Origin: Bradymonadia bacterium
GTDB lineage: Bacteria; Myxococcota_A; Bradymonadia; UBA7976; UBA1532
DNA: 64,000 nt
Assembly: GCA_046290225.1 (NCBI GenBank)
Contig: JBKAGE010000034.1
Coordinates: 549,455 to 613,454 of the forward strand
Direction of reading: 5' to 3'
In this document: positions 19,001-30,000 of the stretch, piece by piece
Position numbering within the stretch: position 1 is the stretch's first letter
Layout of the letters: each line of letters opens with the position of its first letter
Notes under the pieces: generated by a model
Told to the model about the DNA's origin: nothing
Database searches by the model: none
The model's input: only the letters and a program-made list of their open reading frames with translations
Translations under genes and position numbers: made by a program

Positions 19001-20819
19001 TGGTCACCGACCGGTTGGTGGACCAGGTGTCCCTGATGATGCCGAAGTTCTCGTAATCGTTCAGGTGACGGGACTGAGCACGGTTGTAGTAGGTGTTGAA
19101 CTCGGTGACCCAGTCGTGGCCCCCCATGTCGAGGAGCTCGGGGCTCCCCGTCCGGTAGCCCTTTTGATGAGAATACATCGCGTAGGTGTAGCCACAGGTG
19201 GGGGCGTTGTAGACCCCCACAGGCGTACCGCACAGATAGTCGCCCAGCTGAAAAAGCCCTGCCGTCCAGTGAATGCCTTGCAGGTTCGGCGTGGACCAGT
19301 GGCGGCTCGTGTACGACACATAACGGTTGTACATGTCGACCAGCTGGGTCTGGGTCAGGGTCGAATAGGGCGCGAAGGGCTGGGTGTTGTTGCGCTCCAT
19401 GTTGTGGATGCCCAGCCAGCGTGCACCGACGAAGGCCCCACCGGTCAGGTGGAAGTCGTGCCGACTGCTGTTCTTGTGGCTCGTGCGATAGCTCGAAGCA
19501 CCATGAATGCTCTGGTTCTCGTAGAGGTTGGTGGCGATGCGGTACTTGTGGCGGTTGTTGACGATGACCCCATAGGGTCCGCCAGCCACCTCGGCACTCT
19601 CGAGGCCGATGTAGGCCCACTGCGCCGTCGACGCATCCATACGATCGCATGTGGTGGGCGTCTGGTTGTTGCCGTAGAGCCAACCACCATAGGAGCAGCC
19701 CCCGTCGTGCTGGATGTAGCCGAGGTAGTCCACGATCTCCTGGACGTACTTCTCATAGGGCTGAGTGCGGATGGTGTTGTTGGCGTTGCCCACCTGCACA
19801 GGGGTCCCTGCGAGGCTGGGCAGCACGGTGGCGATGGACCCGAGGCCCAAGCCCACCATATAGGTGCCGCTGTTGTTTCCGATCCAGGCGCCGCCATTGT
19901 TGTTGGTGTTGGTGATGCGGTTGCAGCGACGCTCGCTGCCATCGGGGTTCCAGCCACAGGTGTTGTCTTCGTCACCTGAGCCGGCGATGGAGCCGCTGGT
20001 CCAGAGATAGGCCCCATCACCCACCTGGATCGAGAAGTTCAACCCTCGGGCGATGGTCTCTGCGTACGGATCGTCGTGCCAGCGCGTGTCATTGGCTTCG
20101 TGCCACCCTTCAGGTAAAGCCCGCCCAAAGGTGTTGATGCCCCCTGGTGGATAAGCAGGCTGGCGGCCGTTGGCGGTCATGGCCCAGACCATGGCCATGT
20201 TCGCCGCCGCCTGATACGTACCACCCCTGCTGTGGGGCAGCGCCGCGGTGATTGCGCCTCCGCTGCCGGCGTATTGCCCCATGTGCCGATGCAACCACCA
20301 GAGCGTCTCGTGCACGGTCAGGGTGGTCATGATGTCGAGCTGATCACGGGTCCACTTCGTCGGATCAGACGAAGGGGTCCAGTCATAGACGAACATGCGG
20401 AAGGTGCCGAAGGTCTCCTCAGCAGGATTGCAACGGCTCACCGCCCGCACATCGATGGTGATCGTCTTGCCGTTGTCGACCGTGGGCACCTCGTAGGTGC
20501 GACCGAGATCATAGATCGTGTTCGTGCCGGCCACAGGCACGACGTGGCGGCTGGTCTCGTCTCCGAAATTACGGTTTCGGTTGGTGTCCCAGGCCACATC
20601 GTACCCCGCGCCACAGGTGGCGTTGCGCATGATGGCCTTCAGAGTGATCCGGGCATACTCGTGCACCGGCCAGGGCAGCTCGAGATTGTTGGGCGCATAT
20701 GGGACAGGCAGGATCTCGGGCGCTTGCGCCTGGGCATCTTCCGCGGTCCACATCACCCCCACCATGGCGAGTAAGACCAGTAATCGGGACGGGCCAGTCC
20801 GCGAACACACCTTCTCCAT
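13053..20819 (-). CDS. Giant secreted PKD-repeat protein (paralog 1, ~2588 aa) with N-terminal prenyltransferase/cyclase-like helical domain
   Basis: ATG 20819 after SD GGAGGG; signal peptide ending AQA; many WDLDxDG/WDFGDG PKD units with AGGPY linkers; helical Cys-containing C-terminus. Confidence 0.88.
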   Translation of the reverse strand: MEKVCSRTGPSRLLVLLAMVGVMWTAEDAQAQAPEILPVPYAPNNLELPWPVHEYARITLKAIMRNATCGAGYDVAWDTNRNRNFGDETSRHVVPVAGTNTIYDLGRTYEVPTVDNGKTITIDVRAVSRCNPAEETFGTFRMFVYDWTPSSDPTKWTRDQLDIMTTLTVHETLWWLHRHMGQYAGSGGAITAALPHSRGGTYQAAANMAMVWAMTANGRQPAYPPGGINTFGRALPEGWHEANDTRWHDDPYAETIARGLNFSIQVGDGAYLWTSGSIAGSGDEDNTCGWNPDGSERRCNRITNTNNNGGAWIGNNSGTYMVGLGLGSIATVLPSLAGTPVQVGNANNTIRTQPYEKYVQEIVDYLGYIQHDGGCSYGGWLYGNNQTPTTCDRMDASTAQWAYIGLESAEVAGGPYGVIVNNRHKYRIATNLYENQSIHGASSYRTSHKNSSRHDFHLTGGAFVGARWLGIHNMERNNTQPFAPYSTLTQTQLVDMYNRYVSYTSRHWSTPNLQGIHWTAGLFQLGDYLCGTPVGVYNAPTCGYTYAMYSHQKGYRTGSPELLDMGGHDWVTEFNTYYNRAQSRHLNDYENFGIIRDTWSTNRSVTIDYAQPTLTTGWAGLTITPTLFKPKPVPLAAVQPNEVVEGCRGGGAGQVALDHRQSFHPNRDRQIATFQWDVDASDGLWWETGAPVDHQTNNGSTLINHTYDRAGIYTVTLRVLDDDPDGVSSEQTTTTVNVLRSPAAAPSALAGGPYTMEATASLSLQGSAEDANLNCGDTLTATWDLDNDGQYDDANGLNPQVPWDRLSTLPLGVEHTIRLRVVDGTDRVAVAQGTLTIYPRDPIAVPRVNPQPAACLQPVRFNGDDSSHPNPERRIVRYAWDVHPDPGFEGVGGNSDFSYTYNRFSTFPASLTVTDDRGRTHTTNFNVAVTEGNRSPTAATTQAIYTVTDGSSLLVDGSPSSDPDFRCGDSIVEYAWDIDNNGSFDDAGDLRGQRITLPWAVLSEMSWPADRETGDPTNLIALRVTDSQGASHVTQAGIRIYQTRPVPLMFQSPDPGTINPLNNESRITLDARASYSPVPGLEIVEFDWDLNDDGVFETQDSPTTELVRVFAPLPDQPPLVFVRLRVRDAEGRSNSIREQVLIGLPDLTPPTAVAHPDERVGGPNVGGPINGSGGGYHLFVGEATELDASASFDPDPADFIRFYRWDLNDDGVWDIVVEDDDGDGEEAVVDVSVEAMADAGWIEPGTYRVTLEVEDLTGRTNTAETEATLHLPDPVAVAVVGPNPAECEGLVSFDASGSTQPHPEVDVVSWTWDLDGDGEYDDAVGERVTSRFGAYTFDGPLALGLRVEDSQGHSATMPFTVDVTEGNRSPQADASGPYTIALGDSVRVDGRRSRDPDADCDDTIVGYRWDLDGDGTFDVNGAYPLISPAMLSQAGLDAPGQYNITLAVEDRFGRVATDTTRLWISGPPVAVAQASQASAGCNEQVRFSGTNSIVDAPAGDDDFEIVEYLWDMDGDGTFERSGAEISHPIIAQSQVTATLRVVDAQGRSSTDQVTVGVDIANVRPVADAGGPYVTARVRGVFASVDLDARASFDPNAPCDNIIAYAWDTDNDGLYGADDINGAGELNGSDYVGEIIRNYRSPDWRTGTTQVVRVRGRDVFGEWSASAEAEVRVRLKLPPAGELLWPRGGDCVGVAPGPFRVSLRQQGGGAVGVLAKVDGLIVGAANVVLPEDGSALEVEIPINAAQAVEGSRTVVITATNDEGESADITPGGLVAFDRTAPVIGVNPLLVEGACFEPGRVPEASVLAVDVVDPAPRITQEISEDACLRTLQITAVDACGNESSLTRNWLMAEEVPFSLEGPENGDVVPEASFSWDVEAPAACVAGQSASVQVGALNLVYAQGSALALPGQYRFELSLFNCHGDRYTQQRNFRVNNPPIVVAGGPYVGAEGRPITLIGSGSEPPELEDQVVFFEWDMNLDGVYELVGEEVAFVPLDSGEYTGSLRVTDSFGTSATGPVNVSVREVAPIVSPGGPYSGLQGRPIEFDARATRPGSQADLITEYIWDFGDGSPEVSGANLTQPVHTYAQNGVYTVVLTVRDEDGATTQLVPVEIRDAIPIISDIEVPEDIYEAAMWTFSIEAEAGEEGDPLQSITWDFGDGSDPISGEDLNEVQHSWRDTGVYTVTVTVGDTDSVVVQTQDILVRPISMSETLQLVGERAGALDDGPLVASVLGNLEPWIELGLWGESNLRRGNTLVATRVMINLMVSAQGLGARLDDTLWILMRQHMRALDEQWLIMVEPPVGDPVVDLEHPSVGRARDFLDAGRAMFEDPDFEGWVSGGIQAFAANDLWQSLNEAWFYMHDAADACRQRSYNNFAIPDIEDLVDRSLATQPVNDDLNQAIAGLGLELQAYAELDLTGPGRESVIDALVTLRDIQTRLAVPVGVECEDELCIGDRDALELVLDLMDLSSSLYGANTEGVYVRNWQACLAEAVRFRTGLSEMRLEFICGPNNPVTLQVKVLRESGLRLLNERDDVVGALELFQARSTRCTAIWSYNECLVPAFRDINPPYPNPEFCADVFEPGPDDGQPEGD

Positions 20820-21065
20820 GATCACCCTCCATCTCGGACAGCGAGACAGTCTGTGAAAATGGGCGCTGCGCACATGTCTGACGACATACACAACACACCC
20901 AGGATGATGATGGTCCCCCTCAGGGCCCAGGTGTGTCAACCATGGTGAAATGACGGCGAATGTAAGACTTTGAGATCAAAGGTAAGTCTAAGGAGGAGGG
21001 ACCCGCCTTCTCCGGCGGGTTTCAGGTCGGACAAAAAACCACAAACACATACCCATGTATGCGGG

Positions 21066-24000
21066 TCAGTCCCCTGGTGCTTGTCCGTCACCACCGGCCT
21101 GAGCGGCGGTGCCGTCGTCCTCACAGTACTCCGGGTTGGGGTAGCTGGCGTTGAGGTTCGGGAAGGCCGGTACCAGACAGCTGTTGTAAGCCCAGACTGC
21201 CAGGCAACGGGTCGAACGCGCCTGGAAGTAGTCCAGGGCAGCGACGACGTCGGACTCCTCGTCCACCAGGCGCAGGCCATTGGCCCGGGTCACACGAGCC
21301 CGGAGCGTCACGGGGCTGAAGGGTCCACAGACATACTCCAGGCGCATCTCCGACAAAGCGGTCCGGAACTTCACGCCTTCTACGAGGCAGGCCTGCCAGT
21401 TGCGCACATAGGCCCCTTCGTTCGCCGCAGCGGTCAACTCCGTCGACAAGTTCATCAGCTGCACCAGCAGTTCCAGAGCGTCGCGATCGCTGATGCAGTT
21501 GTTGTCCTCACACTCCAGGCCCACAGGAGTGGCCAACTGGGCTTGGATGGCCCGCAGATCCTGCAGCGCGTTGAGCACCTCTGCACGGCCAGGGGCGTCG
21601 AGGCCGAGCTCGGCGTATTGCTGCAGCTCCAAGGCCAGCAGCGCCACGGCCTCGTTGAGGTCCTCGTTGATGGCCTGCGCTGCGCTGGCCCGCTCGATGA
21701 GATCCCGAACGAAGGGGATCTCGAAGTTGTTGTACTTGGTGGCCTTGCAGGGGTGTGCGGCGTCTGCGAGGTAGAACCACGCCTCGTTGAGCGACAAGGA
21801 GATGTCGTTGGCCATGAAGGCCTGCAGCGGGTTCGACAATGTGGCCTCGATGTTGTCTCCCTTCATCATGTCCTCGGTGAGGCCCAGGTAGACATCGGCC
21901 TGCGCCACGCTGGGGTGGTCCGCAGGGAACTGGTCTGCATCGTCGCCCACGAGTCGGGCCCGCTCTGCCAGGACCTTGCGCTCCGCCTGACGCATGATCA
22001 GGTAGAGCGTGTCGTCGAGTTCGGCGCCGAGTGCCATGGCGTTCACCAGGATCGAGACAATCTGCTTCACGGCGAGCATCGTGTTGCCGCCCTTGCCGTT
22101 GGCCTCGCCCCACATGGCCATATCCATCCAGGGCTCGATGGCCTCGAGGGCCTGGGCCACCAGCGGACCGTCGTCGTTGGCCTCCAGGCGAGCGTCTACC
22201 TCGGTGAGCAGCTCGGCCATGGTGGCCTCTCTCACCTGAACCTCAACGCTCTGAATGCCCACAGAGTCACCATCGCTCACAGTGACGGTGACCGTGTAGG
22301 TGCCTGCATCACGCCAGGCATGCTGCACCGAGGAGAGCTCTGCGCCGGTGACGGGCTCGGAGCCATCGCCGAAGTCCCAGGTGTAACTCTCAATCGGGTC
22401 GTCCACGCCGCCAGCGTTGGCCGTGATGCTGAAGGTCAGCGCGGTGATCTCGTAGGGATCCTCCGGGGCCTCGATGTCGGAGAGCTGAGGCAACGCGTCG
22501 AGCACGATGACCGGCACGATGACGCTGGTGCTGGTGTCTTCGTCGTGCACGGTGAGCCGTACGTTGTAGACGCCGTTCTGAGCGTAGGTGTGCCGGGGCT
22601 GGGTCAAGGTGTTGCCCGAGAGGGTGGTCCCATCGCCAAAGTCCCAATCGAAGCGCGTCAACAAGTCGGTGGGCGAGCCGGGTCGTGAGCCACGGGCATC
22701 GAACTCTACCACGTGGCCCTGAGGCACCTTGTAAGGACCACCAGCGTCGACGATGGGATCCACCTCGATGACGTCCACCACCACGGCGGCGGTGTCGCTG
22801 GCCCCGAAGCTGTCGGTGACCCGCAGACGGCCCGTGATCCGGCCGGCGTCGGAGGCCACGAAGTTGATGGTCTCACCGGCGAACTCATACTCACCGTCGC
22901 GATCCATGTCCCACTCGTAGAGGGCGATGAAGTCCTCCGCCTCCGGGGACTGGGACTGACCACCATTGAGCACGATGACCCGGCCCTCACTGCCCTGATA
23001 GCTGCCACCGGTCATGGCCACGGGGGGTGCGTTGATGCGGAAGGTCCGTTGACGGCCATAGGGCACCCCACGGCAGTCGCTCAACAACAGGTCGAACCGG
23101 TAGAGGCCGGCAGCCTGCACCCTGGCACCTTCGACATAGGGGAAGGCTGTCGCGCCATCGAGGTTCATGGTGGCCGACTCGCTGGCCACGCACTGGGCGG
23201 GCACGTCGAGCGACCATGTGTAGGTGGCGCTGGACACCACGTCACCGTTCGCAGGGCCGACGATCTCCGGCTCCGCCTGCTCGGCCATGAGCCAGCTCCG
23301 CTGAAGCGTGGAGCGGTTGCCACAGGCGTCAGTTGCAGCGATGTCGAGGGTCCGGATACAGGCCTCTGCGCTCACCCCCTGCTCCACTGCGGGGGCGGGG
23401 TCGAGGGCGTCGCTCACCTGAAGCTCGAGACCCGGAACCTGTCCCTCTGCGTAGCAGGCACCCTCGGTGAGGGCTGCGTTGATCGCGATGACGGGGCCGG
23501 TGCGGTCGAAGGCCACCTGACCACCGGAGTTGACCACGGACTCCTGGCCCTCGTCGTCGAGGAGGACCACGGTGACCGCCGCCATGCCCTCGGGGGCCAG
23601 AGTAGTGTCCACATCGATGTCGGCGCTCACGGCGCTGCCGTCCGCTGGGAGGTTCACGACCGTGCTGCCCACCTCGACGCCGCCGACCTTGGCGGTGAGG
23701 GTGACCTCACCCCCATCAGGCTGACGGACCGAGACCTGGAACGGATCAGCATCCTCGGGCACACAGTCGCCACCTCGGGGCCAGAGGATCTCGCCCAGTG
23801 GGGGCAGCTTGGACCGGACCCGGATCTCCGCCTCCGCTGGCTCGGACCAGAGGCCGAACACATCGAGGGCCTTGAGGCGTACCACCTGAGTGGTCCCCGT
23901 TCGCCAACCCGGGTTGATGTATCCCTGGACCTGAGCACCAACATAGTCGCTGCCTACGAGGGCGCCGGCGCCATCCACGTCGTCCGCGCCGTAGAGACCG

Positions 24001-27000
24001 TCGTTGTCAGTGTCCCACGCGTAGGTCTGGATGTGATCACAGGGGGCGTTGGGCTCCAGACTGCCACGGGCGTCGAGATCGACACCGGCGAAGGTGCCGT
24101 CCACCTGCGCGGTGATGTACGGCCCACCGGCATCAGCCACGGGGCGCACATTGGCCACGTTGACGGCCACAGTGACGGTGTCGGTGTCGGTCCTGCCGAG
24201 GGCGTCGATGACCATCAGCGTCGCGGTCACCGAGTCTTCGGCCACGACGGCGTCGAGCACGGTCTCGCCGCTGCGCTCGAAGATGCCGTCGCCGTCCATG
24301 TCCCATCGATACTCTTCAATGGCGAAGCGCCCATCACCTTCGGGCCCATCGTGCGTGCTGTTGGCGCCAGTGAAGGACACCTGCTCGTTGCACGACGCGC
24401 TGGCCTTGGAGGCCTGTGCCTGTGCAGTGGGGGTGCCCACCAGCCAGATCCGAGCCCGATCAGTGGCGGTGCGACCAAAGCGGTCCACCACCTCGAGGGT
24501 TACCTCGTACTCGCCCGGTGCCCCCATGCCAAAGCCAGCCAGCTGGGCCGCGCTCACGTTGAACTGAGCGCCCTGAACGTCAGAGCTGCCATCTCCATCG
24601 AGATCCCACTGATAGCGCAGGATGCTGTCGCCACAGCTGGCATCGGGATCCGCTGAGGCGGACCCGTCGAGGGCCACGCTGCCACCATAGGGCACGACAT
24701 ACTGACCCGCCTCGGGCACCGGAGCGCGGTTCCCCTCGCTCACCACCACGGTGGTCGTCGCCCGAGCGCGATGGCCGGCAGAGTCTTCCACCTCGACGCC
24801 CACCGTCAGGGGACCGCCGAAAGTGAACTGCCCAAAGCGGGTGGTAAGCACCTCGCCGACGCCATCGTCGTACACGCCGTCGCCATCGAGGTCCCAGCGC
24901 CAGCTCACCACGTCCACGTCGGGGTGGGCATGCTCGGCTTCACTGGCATCGAGGACCACCTGACCATTGCAGGCAGCAGGGCTGGGGTTCGCCGTCACCG
25001 ACACAGTGGGATCACGGGGATACACAGTGAGGGTGGTGGTGGACTGCGCCGTCTGCCCGGACTCGCTCTCCACCTCGAGGGTGAACTCGTAGTCGCCGGG
25101 CTTGTCGAGGCCGAGCTGCTCGGCGAGCGCCGCAGGGATCTTGAGCACCGCCTCGGCGCCGTCACCATCAGCATCTTCGGCGACAATGTCCCACTCGCCG
25201 TCACCATTGAGATCCCACCGGTAGTAGCGGATGCGATCCTCGGCATCAGGGTCGAAGGACTCCGAAGCGTCGAGCTCGATCTCCTCGATGCCCTCTTCGT
25301 GGTGCACGATGGTGCGCTGCGTCCGGGCGCCAGAGGCCGTCTCGACCTCCACGATGATCGAATGGCTCCCCTTCCGGTCCAGGCCGTAGAGGGCCTTGAT
25401 GTCGGGGGTCAGGGTCAGCTCACCCTCGGCGCCGTCGCCGTTCTCGTCAGCGCGCTCGATGTCCCACACACCATCCGCGTCGAGATCCCACCGGTAGAAG
25501 GCCGGGGGATCTTCAGCATCAGGGGGCACGATGTCACCGGTGTCCAGCTCCACTGACTCCCCTTCCGACTCCACGTGGTACAGCACAGTGCCGGTGCCGG
25601 TGGATCCGTTGGGGTAGACGATCTGAAGGCCGACTTCGTGACTGCCTGGCTTGTCGAGGCCGAACTCCACCACCTGCTCGGGGGTGAGCACGAGGGTGGC
25701 CTCAGCACCATCTCCGTTGTCGTCCCGCTGCTCCACGTCGTAGTCGCCGTCGCCGTCGAGATCCCACCGGTAGCGGGTCGAGGGGGCGGGGTTGTGGTCG
25801 ATGACGTCCCGAGAGTCGATCTGCATGCCGTCGTCGCCATCATCGACGTGCTGGGTGAAGCTGGAGTTGGTCTGCTGACCATCTGCATTCTCCACCTGCA
25901 CAGTGATGGTGTGGCTGCCCTCGGTGTCGAGGCCGTAGCGCTCAGCCTGCTCCGGCGTCAGGGCCAGGATCGCCTCGGCGCCGTCGCCGTCCTCGTCTAC
26001 CCGAACGATGTCCCACTCGCCGTCACCGTCGAGATCCCATCGGTAGATGGTGAGGGGGCCTGCGTCTTCGGGATCCACCACTGAGGGGGTGTCAATGACC
26101 ACGCCATTCTCTGGCGCGTCGACAGAGACCACCACCTTGCCCGTCGTCCTGTTGCCGGAAGCCGTCACCACCTCGATGGTGATCTCCTGCTCCCCGGTGT
26201 GGTCGAGGCCATACTCTCGGGCCATCTCATCGGTGATCTCCAACTCGGGATCGGCCTGCTCGACATCAAAGGTGCCGTCACCATCCAGGTCCCACCGGTA
26301 CAGCACCGGCGGATCTGCAGGGTTGCGATCCACCACGTCGTCGGCGTCGAGGTTCATCCCCTCTTCAGGATCCCCCACCCACTGCACATAGGTCACCGTC
26401 CGCTGCTGACCATCCGCGGTCTCGGTCTGCACGCTGATCTGATGGGCGCCGTTCTGATCGAGGCCGTACTGAGCTTGCTGATCCAAGGTGAGCACCAGGG
26501 TGGCCTCGGCGCCGTCGCCATCTTCGTCCACCTGCTCGACGTCGAACTCACCATCCCCATCGAGATCCCACCGATACACCGTGGGGGGATTCTCGGGATC
26601 GATCTCCACGACGGTCTCGGCATCGAGAGACAGGCTGGAGTCGGGGGCATCGACGACATGGGTGTACGTGGTGGTCTCGGTCTGACCGCGACCATTTTCC
26701 CGCTCCACAGTGATTTCGTGGGCACCGGGCTGGTCGAGGCCGTACTCTGCGGTCTGCTCCGGCGTGAGCTTGAGCTCCGACTCCACACCATCGCCGTTCT
26801 CGTCCACCTGCTCCACGTCGAACTCGCCGTCGCCGTCCAGATCCCAGCGATACACGGTGGCAGGGGCATCATTGTCAGGGGTGGCCACCTCGGTGACGTC
26901 CACAGAAACCCCACCGTCCTCTTCGGGGGCGCTGTGCACCACAGTGGCGCGGGTGGTCTCACCAGAGACCGTCTCCACCTCCACGATGATCTCGTGGGTG

Positions 27001-30000
27001 CCGTCCTGGTCGAGGCCATACTGAGCGGCCTGCTCCGGGGTCAGGTTCAGGACAGACTCGGCGCCGTCGCCGTTCTCGTCAGCCTGCTCGATGTCAAAGA
27101 CGCCGTCGCCGTCGAGATCCCAGCGATACACCGCCGGGGGATCTTCAGCGTCGCGCTCGATGATCTGGTCGATGTCCACCTGCACGCCGTCCTCGGCGTC
27201 GTCGATGATGTGGTGGTAGGTCGTCTCGGTAATGTGACCACGATCGGTCTCCACCTGAACGGTGATCTCATGGGCGCCAGGCTGGTCGAGACCATACTGA
27301 GCCCGCTGCTCGGGCGTCAGACTCAGCTCCGCCTCTGCGCCATCACCATCCTCGTCGATCTGCTCGATGTCCCATTCACCATCACCATCGAGGTCCCACC
27401 GATACACTCGAGGCTTGCCCGCTTCGTCTAGGGGGGCGTCGGCGTCGAGGGTCACCGTAGGATCACCACCACCGACGGCGTGGTAGCCGCTGGGATCATC
27501 CTCGCCGTTGTCTCGACCACCAACGTTGTCGCCTCCGACGGCCTCGTCGGGGTTGGCCACGGCGGTGGGGGGCGTCTCACCGGGGAGCGCCACCAGGAGC
27601 ATCTGCCGCGTGATGTTGGTCCGACCAGCGGCGTCGGTGACCCGCAGGCGGATATAGGGCTGAGGCGCCACGTCGGGCAAAGGCCAGAAGACCAGCTGAG
27701 CCTCGTGCACGGGCTGGTTCTGGATCTCGAAGGTGCCGTCGTCGTTGAGATCCCAGTCATAGCGCACAATGTCCACGCCGGGGATCGGCGAGTGGCTCGC
27801 CCGACCATCGAGGGTGAAGTTGCTCACGCCGTTGTCCGCGGCCATGGCCGCCACCGTCGGTGACTGGAAGACCACGGCCACAGGGCGGGTTTGATAGATG
27901 CTCACGCCACTGTGGGTGGTGTGGGTGAGGCCGAGACTGTCGGTGACCCGCAGGCTGATGGGGTTCACCGGCAGACCCGTGTTGCGATCCGCAGGCCAGT
28001 TCATCGTGGACAGCACAGCCCAGGGGATGACCGTCGTGGCCCCTCGGGCATCTACGGGATCGTTGAAGTTGCCGTTGCCGTTCACATCCCAGGCGTACTC
28101 CACGATGCTGTCACCGCAGTTGCCGTTGGGGTCGAACGACGCCCGACCATCGAGGGCCAGATCGTCACCGTCGGTGACGTGGTAGACCGGCTGAGAAGTG
28201 ATGGCCGTGGGGCGCTGGTTGCCCTCGCTCACCACCACCTCGAAGGACCTGATTCGGCTCCCGCCCACGTTGTCGGTGATCTTGAGCCGCCCCGGGTAGG
28301 TCCCGAAGGCCGTGTAGCTGTAGGCGCTCTCAGGCTGCTCGGTGACGATCTCGAAGGCGTCGTCTCCGGCCATGTCCCACGCATAGCTGACCACCCTACG
28401 GTTGGGGTTCTGGTGGTAGGAATCGCTGGCATCGAGACGAATGGTCTCCCGACACGCCGCGGGGTTGGGGTTGATCACCGCCCGGGCGATGGGGTGCTTG
28501 CGGTATTTGGTCATGGAAGAGATTGCGATGGTGCTGCGGCCCGTGCTGTCGGTCACCTTCAATCGGATGGTGACGCTCTCCTCCCAATCCATCACCTCCT
28601 CGTAGAGCGCGTGCGAGACGAGCGGGTTGAGCACGTCGGCGTCGTCGAACTCACCGTCGTCATCGAGATCCCAGGCATAGGTGAGGGTGTCCCCACAGCT
28701 CAGATTGGCGTCTGTGGCCGAGGCGCCGCTCAGCGTCACCTCGCCGTTGTTCTCTACCCAGTAGGGCCCGCCGGCGAGGGCACCTGGGGCCGACGGCGGC
28801 GCCGAATTCACCTGCACCGAGACCGTGGTGCTCTCGGTGAGAGGCTCACTGATGTCGTTGTCCACCACCCGCAGCGTTGCCTTGAAGATTCCAGGGCGCA
28901 TGTACCGATGGGTGAACACCACGCTCTTGTTGTTGCTCTCGAAATCCACGGGGGCCCCGGTCTCCCACCAGAGGCCATCGCTGTCGTCAACGTCCCACTG
29001 GAAGCGGGCGATCTCTGCCTGGCTGTTCGGGTGGAACGAAGCGCCATGATCAAACTGCACGAGGCCGTTGTTGCCTCCGGCGCAACCCTCGATCACCTCG
29101 TTGGGGCGCACCTCGGCGAGGGGCACAGGCTTGGGCTTGAAGATGCTCGGGGTCAACGTGAGGATCGCCCAGCCCGAGTTGAGGTTAGGCCCCACGCGGG
29201 CGCCCACGGAGTGACCGTACATGTGGCGATCCACGAAGCGGCCGAAGTCGGTGTAGTTGTTCAGGTGCATGCTCTGGGCACGCACGAAGTAAGTGCTGAA
29301 CTCCCTCACCCAGTCGTGGCCACCCACATCGAGCAGCTCGGGGGTGCCTGTACGGTAGCCCTTCTGGTGGGAATACATCGCATAGGTGTGGCCACAGTTC
29401 GGGGCGTTGTAGACCCCCTGCGGCGTGCCACACAGATGCTCACCGGTCTGCCAGAGGCCAGCGGCCCAGTGTACGCCCCGCATATTGGGCGTGTTCCAGT
29501 AGGTGGCGGTGTACTGCACAATCTGGTTGTACATATCCACCATCTCGCGCTGGGTGCGGTTGGTGTAGGGCGCAAAGGGTCGCTCGTCGTTGGGCTCCAT
29601 GTTGTGGAGCCCCGCCCAGCGCGCCGCCACGAAGGCCCCACCGGTCAGGTGAAAGTCGTGGCGGCTCGTCCAGCCGCGGTAGCTGGAGCGGTACATCGAC
29701 GCCCCGAAGGGGTTCTTGTTCTGAAACAAGTTCTCGATGATGCGGTACTTGTGACGGTTGTTGACGATGACCCCATAGGGTTTCCCAGCGACGTCGGCGC
29801 TCTCCAGGCCGATGTACGCCCACTGCGCCGTCGACGCGTCCATATGGCTACAGGGCCCATCGGCGTTGTTCCCCCGATCGCCGTACAGCCAGCCACCCAT
29901 GGCACAACCACGGTCGATCTGCATGTAGCCCAACCAGTCGACAGCCTCTTGGATGAATGCCTCCCAGAGACGACCTTTCATGGTGATGTCGGCGTTATAG

